Source: Vulcanimicrobiota bacterium
Lineage (GTDB): Bacteria; Vulcanimicrobiota; Vulcanimicrobiia; Eremiobacterales; Eremiobacteraceae
DNA length: 64,000 bases
NCBI GenBank assembly: GCA_963812135.1
Contig: CAWETU010000001.1
Location: forward strand, 1,920,001 to 1,984,000
Reading direction: 5' to 3'
Made by a program: the position numbers and the translations under genes. Positions 11,215 through 22,792 of this stretch are shown one piece after another. The notes under the pieces were generated by a model, which searched no databases, had not been told where the DNA came from, and worked only from the letters and a program-made list of their open reading frames with translations. How positions within the stretch are numbered: the stretch's first letter is position 1; each line of letters starts with the position of its first letter.

Positions 11215-11651
11215 TGGCCGACCGGCCGATCGATCACGTGGCGTTGGTCGTCGCGGATTTGGCACGCAGCGCCGCATTGTACACAGCGCTCGGCTTTGAC
11301 GAACGTTATCGCGAGATCGTCGCGGATCAAGGCGTCGAGATCGTCGGCATGCGCGCGGGCGATTCGACTATCGAATTGCTGAGGCCGCTGTCTGCCGACT
11401 CGCCGCTGGTCGCCTTTTTGGGCGACAAAGAATCGCGATTGCATCACGTCGCGTATCGCGTGGCGGATATCGGTGCAGAGCTTGCGCGTCTTAGAGGGGC
11501 GGGAATGCGTTTGATCGACGAGCGGCCACGCCGCGGCGCACACGGCAACCTCATCGCGTTCATCCACCCGAACTCAGCGGGTGACGTACTGATCGAAGTA
11601 TGTCAGCCATCGGAGGGAGACCCTCGCAACTACAATTTGCAAGATATTTGA
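11214..11651 (+). CDS. mce: Methylmalonyl-CoA epimerase
   Basis: IDHVALVV, QGVE, IELLRP, LHHVAYRV, RRGAHG, AFIHP, VLIEVCQ; GTG overlaps the mutase stop codon. Confidence 0.88.
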   Translation: MADRPIDHVALVVADLARSAALYTALGFDERYREIVADQGVEIVGMRAGDSTIELLRPLSADSPLVAFLGDKESRLHHVAYRVADIGAELARLRGAGMRLIDERPRRGAHGNLIAFIHPNSAGDVLIEVCQPSEGDPRNYNLQDI

Positions 11652-11713
11652 TACGCCACTATAGTGCGGTTGACGGGTCTACGCTGGCACCAGCCGCCAC
11701 GGCAGCTGGTGCT

Positions 11714-13300
11714 TTACTTTGTCGATTCTGTCAACATCGTGTCGAGTTTGATCTCAAACGTCCGCCCCCATGGCAAGTACATCGAAGTCTGCGTCTGGCG
11801 CCAACCATCGGGAGCAAACGAATTGTCGAACAATTCGATCGCGAGCGGCCAGAGGCAGGCTGCGCATCTGCGATTCTGCGTCGGTGCTGTTCGCACCGAG
11901 CGCATAAGTGTCGTAGCCCTGCGCCCGCAGGTCGGCGTTGAGCCCCGGCCGCACGAGCAAGCGATAGGCATAGTCGTCGACGTATCGATCGAAAAGGAAA
12001 TTCTCACGCGCGGACGCCTCTTCGATGCCGAAGTGCTCCGCCAACGAAAAACACGCTGCCGCTGAGAGCGCAGTGCCAGTCGAGTTGGCGGTCGTGTTCC
12101 ACGACGCGTAGGCGACCGGGCGCGCCGCGACTCCCGCATCGCGCAAAGCTTCGAAGGTCATGCGCTCTTGAGGGATGTCGTCCGCGATGAACGTGAGATC
12201 GACGATCGCGACCCGATAACCCCTGCTCACCTCGTCGGTCAGCGAGCGCAGATACGGCCGAAGATCGTCGGGCGAAGCGGTGGGCACGATGACGTGAAGC
12301 TTCACATCCATAAGATAGCCAGTTGTCGGCAGGCCGAGCGCGCGCACGATGCCGGCGATGGTTTGCCCGACGGGTATGTCCTCGAGCGGATCTTGTACGC
12401 TTGGTCCCCGCGGGCTGGAATACTCGATCGAGATCGGTGGATGCCACGCGGCGGCGTCTTCGATGGCGCGGGTGACGCGCGACCATGCCCATCTCATCGG
12501 CGCCCGGAACTCAATAGCACGCGGTCATCGGCATGCAGCTGCGCGACCAGATCCGGCGAGCGCGACGCTGATCGGCGATTTGGAGCCCATCGGGCGCGCC
12601 GGCGTCGTCTTGGGTGATCGCCAACCAGTTGATGTCGCCTTGCGCCGCGAGCGTGATCAGCGCGGCATCGGTGTCGACGTCGCGGGCTCGGGCGCCGACG
12701 TAGTCCCAGTAGGCGGCGTCGGGGATCTTCGCGCGCCACGCCGCGAGCTGCGCGGTCTGCTCTGCGCTCGGATGCGCCGCACCCGCACTGCGCGCGCATA
12801 CGAGGCTAGCGCGTCGAGATATGGTTCGCTCTGCGGCGTCTCGGTCGGCGTCAGTCGCATGATCGTGCCGAACACGTAGATCGGCAACCGGGATGCAAAT
12901 CGTGAAAACGCGCCAGCGCTCGGATCCGGGCTTGTGCATCGGCGAGCGGCGTCGAGGCCGTGCGCGACGCCACGAGGCCTCCATACGCCAGCATGTCCGA
13001 CGAAACGACCAGCGCGCTCAGGCCTGTCGTGTCGAGATTGAGCAGCCAGCGACCCAACGCGTCCGCGTCACCCGGCTGCGTGAAATGTCCGAGCAGCTGC
13101 GACGGCGGCATCACGAGCTGCGCGCCGCAGATCGCGGCCGTCTGCTGCGGGAACTGCGCGGTGGCGGGTCGGTCGTCCATCGGGACGAACGCGACGCGGA
13201 TCGAAGGCGGGGACGCGTGGGTACGGTGGGCAGGCACACAAGAATGCGGCAAGCGCGGTCGCAACGGTCGAATAAATTCGACCGCTACTTACTTTGCGCG
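11714..13300 (-). pseudogene. DUF4127 family protein, split by several frameshifts (sequencing error or decay)
   Basis: Fragments in different frames: VAFVPMDDRP, VSSDMLAYGGLVASR, IYVFGTIMR, WLAITQDDA, YASWNTTANSTGTALS, LPWGRTFEI. Start position approximate. Confidence 0.7.
13265..13288 (-). repeat. GTAG-type REP-like palindrome, class A
   Basis: CGGTCGAATAAATTCGACCG-CTAC; reverse strand reads GTAG + 8-bp hairpin. Confidence 0.85.
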
Positions 13301-14000
13301 TCAGACGGAAAGGTAGCGTTGGATCAGACCCTGGTCTTCGCGCAGCTCGGCCGATTTCTTCGAAGCCACGATCCTGCCGTCCGAGAGCACGTGAGCCCGG
13401 TCGGATACTGCCAGCGCCACGCGTGCGTTCTGCTCGACGAGCAGCATCGTCATTCCCTCGCGCTTCATCTCGAGGATCGCGCTCTGGATCGCCTGAGCGA
13501 TCACGGGCGCCAATCCCTCGAGCGGTTCGTCAAGCAGAATGATCTCCGGGTTTTGGATCAGCGCGCGCGCGATCGTGAGCATCTGTTGCTCGCCGCCGGA
13601 CAGCGCTTTGCCGATGCTGGCCTCGCGTTCCTCGAGCCGCGGGAAGAACTCGAACACCCTCTTCTGGTCCCATGGCCCCTTTCGTCCGGCAAGAGTCGCG
13701 AGTTTCAGGTTCTCAAGAACGCTTAAGTTGGGGAAGATGCGACGTTCTTCGGGAACGTAGGCGACACCAAGACGCGCGATCGTGTAGGGTTTCAGTCCTG
13801 CGATGCTACGGCCGGCCAACGTGACGGAGCCGCTGCGCGGCGGCACGACACCCATAATGCTCTTCAGCGTCGTGCTGCGCCCCGAACCGTTGCGTCCGAT
13901 AAGGGCGACGACTTCACCGCGGTCCACATCGACCGAAACATCCTGCAGCACGTGGCTCTTGCCGTAATAGGTGTTGAGATCCGTGGGCTTCGAGAAACAT
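13301..14000 (-). CDS. livF: Branched-chain amino acid type ABC ATPase (LivF-like); frameshift near N-terminus
   Basis: GRNGSGRSTTL, YVPEERRIFPNLSV, LSGGEQQML, LLDEPLEGLAP. Confidence 0.8.
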
Positions 14001-14744
14001 CAGATGGCCGTGCCCAGATACGCTTGCTGCACAAGCTGTTGCCCTTGATCTCGGCCGGCGTGCCCTCCGCGATCTTGCGGCCGTTCTGCAGCACGGTGAT
14101 CTTGTTGGAGAGCGACATCACGAGATCCATGTCGTGCTCGATGAGCACGATGGTGTGCTGCTGGCTAAGGTCTTGCAGCATCTGCATCGTCTGCTTCGAT
14201 TCATCGAGCGACATACCGGCGGTTGGTTCGTCGAACAGCAACAGACTCGGGCTTGCGGCGATGACCAGGCCGATCTCGAGACGCTTTTCGTCGCCGTGCG
14301 AGAGCGTGGCCGCCTGGACGTCCTCAAAACGCGTTAAACCGACGCGTTCGATGATCGCGGCGGCCTTCTCATCGACTTCACCCAGCCATTTCGGCCGCAC
14401 GAAGATGCCGGGCGCATCGCCGTACGTGGCCTGCACGGCCACGCGCACGTTTTCGAAGACGCTAAGCCCCCGAAGATGTTGCTGATCTGGAATGATCTGC
14501 CGATGCCTTTGCGCGTGATGACGTGCGGCGGCAGTCCGGTGATGTCTTCGTCGCGGAAGAATATCTTGCCCGCGGTGGGCGCGAAATTACCCGTGAGCAT
14601 ATTGAAGAACGTCGTCTTGCCCGCACCGTTTGGGCCAATGATCGCGTGTATCGAGCCCTCCTCGACTGCGAAATCAATGCCATCGACGGCCTTCAATGAG
14701 TCGAAGTGCTTCGAGAGTCCTTCGGTGCGAAAGATGACGCTCAT
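14000..14744 (-). CDS. livG: ABC ATPase (LivG-like), frameshifted
   Basis: IIGPNGAGKTT, GIGRSFQI; then in another frame LSHGDEKRLEI, DEPTAGMS, IEHDMD. Confidence 0.78.
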
Positions 14745-15740
14745 GCGCGTTTCGCCCGCAGATTCTTCCATGCGCTCTCGGCAAGACCCCAGATGCCTTG
14801 CGGCGCGAAGAGCACGAATCCCACGAAGACGATGCCGATGTAACCCTCCCAGAACTGCGTGTAGTTGGACACGTATTGCTGCATGAACTTGAACAGGCCG
14901 GCCCCAAGCATCGGCCCCCAGAACGTCGGCGCACCGCCGAGCAGCGTCATCATGACGATGTTGCCGGATTCGGTCCAGTTCAGTCTGTCCTGGATCGACC
15001 GCGCCGTTATAGTAGCCGAGCAATACCCCAGCGACCGCCGGCAGGATAGCGGAGAGCACGAAGGCGTTGATCTTGTACCGCGTGACGTCATAGCCTAAAA
15101 ACTCGGCGCGCTGGCGGTTCTCGCGAATCGCGTGACAGACCGCGCCGAACGGCGAGTGGATGATCCGCCACATCAACACCGTGAGCACAAACGCGATGAC
15201 TGCGCAGAACGTGTAGAAGTGGAGTTCGTTGTTCATGTTCAGCGGATTGCCGGGCAGGATGTAGTGCGGACGGGGGATGCCCTGCAGTCCATCGTCGCCA
15301 CCGGTCACCGCATTCCAACGCTCGCCGACGAAGAGGAGCACCTGGCGACCGCGAGCATGATCATCGAGAAATAGATGCCGGTACTGCGCGGCACGATGAC
15401 CCGCGCGAGCACGAAGGCGAGCAGCATCGTCGCCCGCGAGCGCCATCAGTATCGCCGGCCAAAACGTCCAGCCATGGTTGAGCATCATGAACGCAGCGAT
15501 ATATCCGGCGATACCGACGAACGCGCGTGGCCGAATGAGAGTTCGCCCGTGTGGCCGTACAGCAGATTGAAGCCGAGCGCGATCAGACCGAAGATCACCA
15601 TGTCGTGGCGAGCGCGACGTTGCTCTTAAGCACGTGCTCCAAGACCCACGGGAGGACGAAGAGCACAACCGCCCAGGCGAGAGCGGTACCAGACCGTTCC
15701 AGCCGCTGCGCGATCGAACTGCTGGTCCGAGGGCGGCCAT
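14741..15740 (-). CDS. livM: ABC permease (LivM-like), multiple frameshifts
   Basis: TGGDDGLQGIPRP, SPFGAVCHAIRENRQRAEFLGY, MTLLGGAPTFWGP across frames. Confidence 0.72.
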
Positions 15741-16644
15741 CAGTCGAACAGCCCTTCCGTGCCGAACAAGCCGCGCGGACGAGCAACAGGACGAGCAGCA
15801 TGAATGCGAAGGGCACGATGTCTTCGGCGGACGAGCCACCGGGAATGAGTGCACAGTGAACTCCTGCAGCAGGCCGATGATCAAGCCGCCTACCACCGCG
15901 CCCCAAAACGAGCCGATGCCCCCCACGATCACCACGAGAAACGCGATGATGATATAGGTCGCGCCCATGTTCGGGTCTATGTTGTACAGCGGCGCTTCAA
16001 GCCCACCGGCCAGGCCGCCGAGCAGCGAGCCAAGTCCAAACACCACGGTGAACGTCAATGGCATGTTAATGCCTAGGATGCTGACCATCTGGCTGTCGCG
16101 GGTGCCGGCGCGGATGGTCAAGCCGAGATTCGTGCGGACCAACATCAGATAGACGAGGACGAGGACCACGAGGGTGACGAGCACGACGACGAGACGGAAG
16201 GTCGGATAATGAATGAAACCCAGATTGATCGAACCCGCCAACCAGCCACTGGGCGAGAGCGGTTGCGGCGTATCGCCCCAAATCTTGCGGATGATCTGGA
16301 CGAAGATCAAGAACACGCCGAAGGTGAACATGAGCACGTGTTCGGGCGGACGGCCGTACAACCGGCGGATAAAGCCGCTCTCCATCCCCATTCCGACTAT
16401 GGCCATGCAGAGGATCCGACGACGATGGCGGGGAACAGGCCGATTTTCGTCGAGGAGGGTGAACGTGATGTAGGCGCCCAGCGCGAAGAACGCGCCGTGT
16501 GAGAAATTCAGCACACCCATGAGGCCGAGGATGATGTTCAGGCCAAGCGCCAAGAGCACGTAGAGCATGCCGCGCGTCAGGCCGTCGAAGATCGTCTCTG
16601 CGATCTGATTGGGCAGGAGTCGAGTAGGCTATCGCCAGGGACAA
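15740..16644 (-). CDS. livH: ABC permease (LivH-like), frameshifted
   Basis: LALGLNIILGLMGVLNFSHGAFF, TNLGLTIRAG, VVIVGGIGSFWG. Start position approximate. Confidence 0.75.
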
Positions 16645-16746
16645 GACAGGGTATGCGTTCGTCGTCTTCTAGGTCTCCGCTATGCGAGAGGCGCCGGCGG
16701 TTTTCAGGCGCCGACGCCCCGTTACGTCGAAGGAGCCGGATACCTC

Positions 16747-18070
16747 CTACGCCTTGCCCTTCGGCGTGTAGTCCTCGCGGACGGGGACGGTCTGCGCGGC
16801 CAACTTCGCCGGCGCCGGGCTCTGGTCGCAGGGCTCGAGCGTCTGGCTGGCCGGCACGATCGATTGATCTTGAAGAACTGGTTCGGGTACTTCCACTGCG
16901 ATTTTGGAATCGCTTCGGTGACCAGCACGTCGAGCTCGTTCTGATGGTCGCACGCGCGGATATGACAGAACTTCGCTGTAGTCCGTTGAAAGTGAGGCCT
17001 TCCATCGCTTCACAAGACGCGTCGCGTCTGTCGTGCCGGCGCGCAAGATCCCGTGATCACCGCCTCGGCCGCGAGCCAGCCGAGATACATCCGCCAGTCG
17101 ACATACGGCGCGCCGGCTGCTCGGAGCTTCTTGACGAGGCTGCCGAGCCTTCGGTCGGATAATCGGGCGTCCACGGGGCGCCCCAAATCCCGAGGTTGTT
17201 CTCGACGCCGTAGCCGAGCGCGACCTCGACGCCATTGAGCGAACCGCCGACCTGCTTGAAGACCTTATCCAAGCCGAGCTGCATGTATTGCTTCATGCCG
17301 TTGACGAGATCACCGCCGTACCAGCTCAAGACGAGCACATCCGCGCCGCTGTTCTTGGCTTTGGTGAGCTGCGCGGTGAAGTCGCCTGAGTTCTTCGGAA
17401 ACGCGGTGAGTTCGTTGCCTAGGGACGTTCCGCCGTTGGCCTCAAGCACGCTCTGAAATCCTTCTTGGGCCGAATGACCGTACGCGTAGTCGGGCGTTAT
17501 GAAGAACCACTTTTTGCCGAATGGAAGGAGCGCTTTGGCCGTCGCGTTCGCGAGCATCGAGTTGGCGGCTGTGGTCCGGAAGCAGCACAGGCGCGCATTG
17601 GTTCCCGTGATGGTCGTGTCGTGCGTGCCGGCCGCGACATAGACGATGCCGATCCGCTGGGCAAGCGCTGAGACGGCCAGACCCACGTTCGAAGCCACTT
17701 CGCCGACCAGCACGTCGACTTTGTCCTGCTCGATGAGCTTCGTAACGTTGGCCCCGGCGATATTAACGTCTGCTGCCGTGTCGGCGTGGACCAGTTTGAT
17801 CTGTCGGCCAAGGACGCCGCCGCGCGCGTTCCACTCGTCGGCTGCGACCTTCGCGCCGAGGGACTGGCTGGCGCCGGAGACGGCATACACGCCGCTGCTT
17901 TCGTTGACGTCACCGATGAGGATCGGTGCGTTGTCGGCGACGGCGGCCGGCGCGTAGCCTAGCGTCGTCGCAACAGCTGCTCCGCTTGCGATCGCGGCTG
18001 CGCCCACACCTGCAGCGAGAAAATCTTTTCTGGAAAGCGAGGATCGGTCTTTTGGCTCGGATTCCGACAT
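16747..18070 (-). CDS. ABC substrate-binding protein (Liv/Peripla_BP_6), Tat-like signal; C-terminal part frameshifted
   Basis: SRKDFL signal, NARGGVLGRQI, PDYAYGHS. The C-terminus continues in other frames to ...YTPKGKA. Confidence 0.75.
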
Positions 18071-18217
18071 TGTCTTCCCCTTTGCGCCCATTTCGCAGCG
18101 ATACGGATGAACGCCGTCTGTTCAAGTGCGACAACGGCGTCGGTTTCTCGTGCGGCCACTACCGAAGGCTAGGGCCGGACTATTATGCCAGCTTTTTGCC
18201 GTCTCCTGTGGCTTTAG

Positions 18218-19285
18218 CTAGTCGGGGTGCATCGGCTGCGCGGGTATCGGGCCGGGCGCGGGCACAACTCCGCCGGGCCGGATGCCGCGCAGCATATCCG
18301 ACCACGCCCTGGCGATCGCCGGGTAGATGGTGGCGAGCGAGTGCGTACCGGCCGGTTGCTCGTAGTAGCCAGTGGGTATGCCGCGCTCGCGCAAGACGCG
18401 AGCCGCGAGCCGGACGTAGGCGTTGGGTATCACGTCGTCGTCGACGCCTGAAACCATGTAGACCGGCTTGCCCGCAAAGCTGGCGAACACCGCTTGTTCG
18501 TCCTCGTTGGTGGGTCCGCCGGCGATCGCCAAAAACCCGGCCCAGTCGCCAGGGCGCTGGGGACCGACCGAATACACGCCATACCCGCCCATCGAATATC
18601 CCGCGAGAAACGTGCGATGCGAGTCGATATTGAACGCCGCTTTGGCGGCGTCGAGCGTCGCGTAGATATCTTGTGGCGCAGGTTCGGCGTACTGGACGTC
18701 ACCGCGACCGTAGGGCGCGACGACGATCGCGCCGCTCGCGTCGGCGAGTTCCCGGAACCACTTGATCGCTAGGATGTCCATCTCGCTCTGCGTGCGCCCG
18801 TGCAAGAGGATGACCAGCGGCGCGGCTTTGTCTGCACGATATGACAGCGGCACGTAGATCGCCACCGGTTGCATCGTGCCGTCCGCCGGCGAGCGCACGA
18901 CGACTTCGTCGACGCCGCGGACCGCGGACCAGGGATGATACTGGCCGGTCGCTAGCTGATGGATCAGCGTCGCCGTCATGTCCGCTTCGAGTGCCATCGC
19001 CTGCGCGTACACTTCCGGCGTGATGCTTCTCGACGCCGGGATGTCATTCAACGTTCCGAAGTCCTCGTCGAGACGCGTCTCGATCATGACGGCCGAGCGC
19101 GATCGCTGATCGATCGCGCTGAAGTGAGTCATCAGCTCCTGGCGGGCGTCGCCGAGCTCTTTGCGGGCCAGCACGAGGGCCGTGGGGGTCACCCGCGGCG
19201 CCGGCGCGGGAGCCAGCGGTGGAGGTGTGGCCGTTGCCCCCGCCTGCGCGACGAGCGCGAGGGCGAGCGCGAGAGCGTGGGTCAT
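18218..19285 (-). CDS. Secreted alpha/beta hydrolase (PHB depolymerase/esterase-like)
   Basis: Signal peptide, PLVILLHG, GYSMGG nucleophile elbow, Asp (DDDVIP) and His (GTHS). Confidence 0.75.
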   Translation of the reverse strand: MTHALALALALVAQAGATATPPPLAPAPAPRVTPTALVLARKELGDARQELMTHFSAIDQRSRSAVMIETRLDEDFGTLNDIPASRSITPEVYAQAMALEADMTATLIHQLATGQYHPWSAVRGVDEVVVRSPADGTMQPVAIYVPLSYRADKAAPLVILLHGRTQSEMDILAIKWFRELADASGAIVVAPYGRGDVQYAEPAPQDIYATLDAAKAAFNIDSHRTFLAGYSMGGYGVYSVGPQRPGDWAGFLAIAGGPTNEDEQAVFASFAGKPVYMVSGVDDDVIPNAYVRLAARVLRERGIPTGYYEQPAGTHSLATIYPAIARAWSDMLRGIRPGGVVPAPGPIPAQPMHPD

Positions 19286-19428
19286 GAGGGTGCGTGATTC
19301 GACAGCGTCGAGCACCGGTCCCATGCGCCGAATTAGTGCCATCTTTTTGCAATGTCGCGATAATGAAACCTTAGCCGTCGAACGGTAGTATAGTCGGCGT
19401 CAGTAACAACACGGCGAAAAGGAGACAT

Positions 19429-19959
19429 ATGCATATGCTCGCAGGTTCCAAAGCCGGTGTCCGTCGCATTGCGGCTACCGCGATGACGCTCAGCGTTTGC
19501 GCAGCGCTGCTCGTCCACATCCCCGCCTCAGCTGCCGCAACATCTGTCCAGACGGTTGCCGATGCGGGCGGCGCGTGCGGCAGTCTCGAGATCGGCAGCA
19601 GCGCAAGCAAGGACGTCCTCGCCGCCGAGAATTGTTTCTCGAAAGCCTACACGAATTGCGATGCGGCGCTGATCTCGGTCGGTTACCACGGCGGTGATGC
19701 CGGCGTCTCGCGCACGTTCGAGACGATGCGCAACCAGAACAGCGACGCATGCCAGATCGCAGAAGTGGTCGACCACTACAAGGGATCGAACGTCGCGTCG
19801 AGCGATACGTATCTCTGCAACGACGTCAAGCAAGCCGGCGACGGCCTCACGTTCAAGGACTGTGGAGCCGAAGGCGACGTCTTCGTGCCGAGCGATCTCG
19901 GCTCGTCCAGCGCGAAGAAGCTGATGACGCTTGCGGACGCGTTCCGGCTCGCGACTTAA
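19429..19959 (+). CDS. Secreted Cys-containing hypothetical protein
   Basis: AGGAG RBS, signal-like N-terminus, six Cys in the predicted mature part. Confidence 0.65.
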   Translation: MHMLAGSKAGVRRIAATAMTLSVCAALLVHIPASAAATSVQTVADAGGACGSLEIGSSASKDVLAAENCFSKAYTNCDAALISVGYHGGDAGVSRTFETMRNQNSDACQIAEVVDHYKGSNVASSDTYLCNDVKQAGDGLTFKDCGAEGDVFVPSDLGSSSAKKLMTLADAFRLAT

Positions 19960-19983
19960 TCCACACAGGACGTACGACGGGAG

Positions 19984-20014
19984 AGGCGCTGAGGGAATCG
20001 GCGCCTTTTCATTT
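19984..20014 (+). terminator. Probable intrinsic terminator
   Basis: AGGCGCTGA...TCGGCGCCT stem followed by TTTCATTT after the stop at 19959. Confidence 0.55.
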
Positions 20015-20030
20015 GAAGCCGCGCACCGCA

Positions 20031-20954
20031 ATGCGCGTCGTCAGCCTCCTGCCGAGCGCGACAGAGATCCTCTACGCGATCGGCGCCGGGGACGATGTCG
20101 TCGGCGTCACCCATGAGTGCGATTTCCCGCCGCGCGCGCGCAGCAAGCCGCGCTTGACCTCGAGCGCGCTGCCGGCGGTCGCGCGCGCGGCCGACATCGA
20201 CCGCCACGTGCGCGCGCACTTGCACGCCGGCTCGTCAATCTACACGCTGGATGCGGCGCTGCTCGAGCAACTGCGCCCAGACCTTATCGTCACCCAGGAA
20301 CTGTGTCCGGTGTGCGCGGTCTCGTACGAGACGGTCAGCCACGCGACGCGCCGTTTGCAGGGTGATCCGCGCCTCGTCTCGCTCGAACCGTCCAGTCTCG
20401 CGGACGTGTACGCGACGATCGAGTCGATCGGCGCGCTGACCGGCAAAGCCGGTGCGGCGGATGCTCTTGTTGCGCAGCTGCGCGATCGCGAAGGCGCGTT
20501 GCGCGCGCTGACGGCCGCTGGCCCTCGCCCGGCCACGCTCGTGCTCGAGTGGACGGATCCGCCGATGAGCGGCGGCCACTGGACGCCCGGACTCGTCGAG
20601 CTCGCGGGCGGGCGGGCGCTTCTCGCGCATCCCGGCGCGGATTCACAACGCTTGGACTGGGATGCGATCGCAAGCGCCGATCCCGACATCATCATCATCG
20701 CGCCGTGCGGCTTCGATCTAGCAGCGTCGCTGCGCGCCACTGGCGAGCTTGCCGATAATTCCGTGTGGAGCGGTCTGCGCGCCGTGCGAGCCGGTCGCGT
20801 GGCGGTCGTCGACGGCAACGCCTATGTCAATCGTCCTGGACCGCGCCTGCTGGACTCAGCGGAGATATTCGCAGCGGCGATCCATCCCGAGATCGCGCGC
20901 TCGCTGCCCGAATATCGTGACGGTTGGTCCTGGCTTTCCCTCGCGGCGCGCTAG
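20031..20954 (+). CDS. BtuF/FepB-like (cobalamin/iron-siderophore type) binding protein, no signal peptide
   Basis: MRVVSLLPSATEI, VGVTHECDFP, PDLIVTQELC, GHWTP, NRPGPRL. Confidence 0.8.
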   Translation: MRVVSLLPSATEILYAIGAGDDVVGVTHECDFPPRARSKPRLTSSALPAVARAADIDRHVRAHLHAGSSIYTLDAALLEQLRPDLIVTQELCPVCAVSYETVSHATRRLQGDPRLVSLEPSSLADVYATIESIGALTGKAGAADALVAQLRDREGALRALTAAGPRPATLVLEWTDPPMSGGHWTPGLVELAGGRALLAHPGADSQRLDWDAIASADPDIIIIAPCGFDLAASLRATGELADNSVWSGLRAVRAGRVAVVDGNAYVNRPGPRLLDSAEIFAAAIHPEIARSLPEYRDGWSWLSLAAR

Positions 20955-20958
20955 TCGT

Positions 20959-21858
20959 CTACGAGAGCGCGCGGCGCAGATCCCCGTCACAACGTTCGAG
21001 CAGCTCACTCGCTTCTTTTGGACTGCAGCGCCGGCGCAATACGACGACCGCCGGCTTGACGCCATACTCGCAGGCCTCCAGCGCCGCGCGCGCTTCTTCT
21101 TCTCCCCGCCCGGAAAGCAGCGCGACCATACGCACGGCGCGCGCACGCAGTTTTTCATTCGTCGCGGCGACGCCGACCATGAGGTTGCCATGGACGCGGC
21201 CGAGTTTGACCATGACCGCGGTGCTGATCGTCGCGAGCGCCATTTTTTGTGCAGAGGCCGCCTTCATGCGCGTCGAACCGGCCACCGCTTCGGCGCCGGT
21301 CAGCAGCGCTATCGGCACGTTCACCGCTTGCGCCAGCGGACTGCGCTGATCGTTGGTGATGCCAACAGTGAGCGCGCCGGCGCCGGCCGCTTCACGCATC
21401 GCGCCAAGCACGTACGGCGCGCGGCCGCTCGCTGACAGTCCGATTACAGCATCGGCCGAGCCGATGCGCGCCAAACGCACCTCCGCGCCGCCCGCCGCCG
21501 CGTCATCTTCAGCGCCTTCTACAGCGCGCGACATCGCGGCCGGGCCGCCGGCGATGTGCGCGACGACCAAGTCATCGGGGACCGAGAACGTCGGCGGCAT
21601 TTCGGCGGCGTCCGTCACGCCGATCCGTCCGCTCGTGCCCGCACCGAAATAGTGAAGCCGTCCACCGCGCGCGAGCCGGGCGGCGATCGCGTCGACCGCG
21701 GTGCCGATCGCGTCGAGCTCGCGCTCGACCGCCCACGCCGCGCGGCGGTCTTCGTCATTGATGCGATGCAGCAGCTCGTGCGTGTCGAGCCGATCGAGAT
21801 CCGCGGTCGACGGATTGATCTCTTCCGTCAGCGGCAGGTCGTGGCGATTCTCACTCAT
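20959..21858 (-). CDS. murQ: N-acetylmuramic acid 6-phosphate etherase
   Basis: TEEINP, GAGTSGRIGVTDAAEMPPTF, AVEGAED, GSTRMKA, GNLMV. Confidence 0.92.
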   Translation of the reverse strand: MSENRHDLPLTEEINPSTADLDRLDTHELLHRINDEDRRAAWAVERELDAIGTAVDAIAARLARGGRLHYFGAGTSGRIGVTDAAEMPPTFSVPDDLVVAHIAGGPAAMSRAVEGAEDDAAAGGAEVRLARIGSADAVIGLSASGRAPYVLGAMREAAGAGALTVGITNDQRSPLAQAVNVPIALLTGAEAVAGSTRMKAASAQKMALATISTAVMVKLGRVHGNLMVGVAATNEKLRARAVRMVALLSGRGEEEARAALEACEYGVKPAVVVLRRRCSPKEASELLERCDGDLRRALS

Positions 21859-22792
21859 GGCGTACGGTTTCGAGAGCGAGGCGCGCGGCGCCCAGCGCCG
21901 GCGAAACCGAAAGCAATGTGATATCGCATGGGCCGCGAGCCAGTAGGGTCGCACGCACCACGTCCGCCAGCGCGGGAACCACTTCGAAAACGCCGCCGGT
22001 GAACGCCACCGGCAAAGGCCGGGCGCCTTCGCGCACCTCGGCAGCCACCCTATTGGCAAGTCCCCCCAGCACCGCGCCGTGCTGTTCGACGATGCTGCGC
22101 GCGGCTTGGTCGCCCGATTCATATGCCGCGCCCACATGGATGGCGAGCCTTGAGATCTCCGCGACCCGCAGGTGCGCGTCGCGCAACCGCTCGTCGACAT
22201 CGACGGCGCTGCGCGCGTCGAAAGCGCTCGCGACGAACGTGGCCAGGTCTTGCTTGCGCTCGAGACCATCGAGCGCCGCCGACGTGTGCTCGAGCGCGCT
22301 CCGAGCGATCGCGTAGCCGCTGCCAGGATCGCCCACCCGTGCTCCCTTGCCGCCGGCGCGAGACGGCGTGCCGTCTCTGCGCTCGCCATAGACCAGTGAA
22401 CCAGTGCCGGCTATGACGACCATCGCAGGCCGATGCGGCGTTGAGGCTTCCAGCGCGATGCGGCCGTCGTGCACGATCGTCAAGGCGACGTTCGGGGGCA
22501 TCAAAGGGGCGACGATCGTGCGCAACGAGTCGATCTGAGTCTCGCCGCCGGCGCCGGCAGCGCCGATGCAGATCGCGCGCACGTCGCCGCGCTCGAGCAG
22601 CGGCGCGAGCACCGCCGCGAGGCTGCGTCCGACGGCTTCAGGGGTGTCGACGCGCAGATTTGCGCCGGCGCCGAGCGACCTGGCGACCTCGGCGCCGTTC
22701 GCGTCGACCAGAATCCCCTCGGTGTGGCTCGCGCCGGCATCGATGCCGATCGCGACGCCGCGACCCTCAATAGTCGACTTGGTCGGTGACAT
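21851..22792 (-). CDS. BadF/BadG/BcrA/BcrD-family sugar kinase (GlcNAc/MurNAc kinase-like)
   Basis: IGIDAGASHT, VVIAGTGS, GDPGSGYAI, FTGGVF. Start uncertain. Confidence 0.82.
   Translation of the reverse strand: MSPTKSTIEGRGVAIGIDAGASHTEGILVDANGAEVARSLGAGANLRVDTPEAVGRSLAAVLAPLLERGDVRAICIGAAGAGGETQIDSLRTIVAPLMPPNVALTIVHDGRIALEASTPHRPAMVVIAGTGSLVYGERRDGTPSRAGGKGARVGDPGSGYAIARSALEHTSAALDGLERKQDLATFVASAFDARSAVDVDERLRDAHLRVAEISRLAIHVGAAYESGDQAARSIVEQHGAVLGGLANRVAAEVREGARPLPVAFTGGVFEVVPALADVVRATLLARGPCDITLLSVSPALGAARLALETVRHE

Noticed and set aside
14334..16568. 744-aa ORF as a LivH-LivM-LivG triple fusion
   Set aside because: It alternates sensible and nonsense segments; it is a product of frameshifts across three separate genes.
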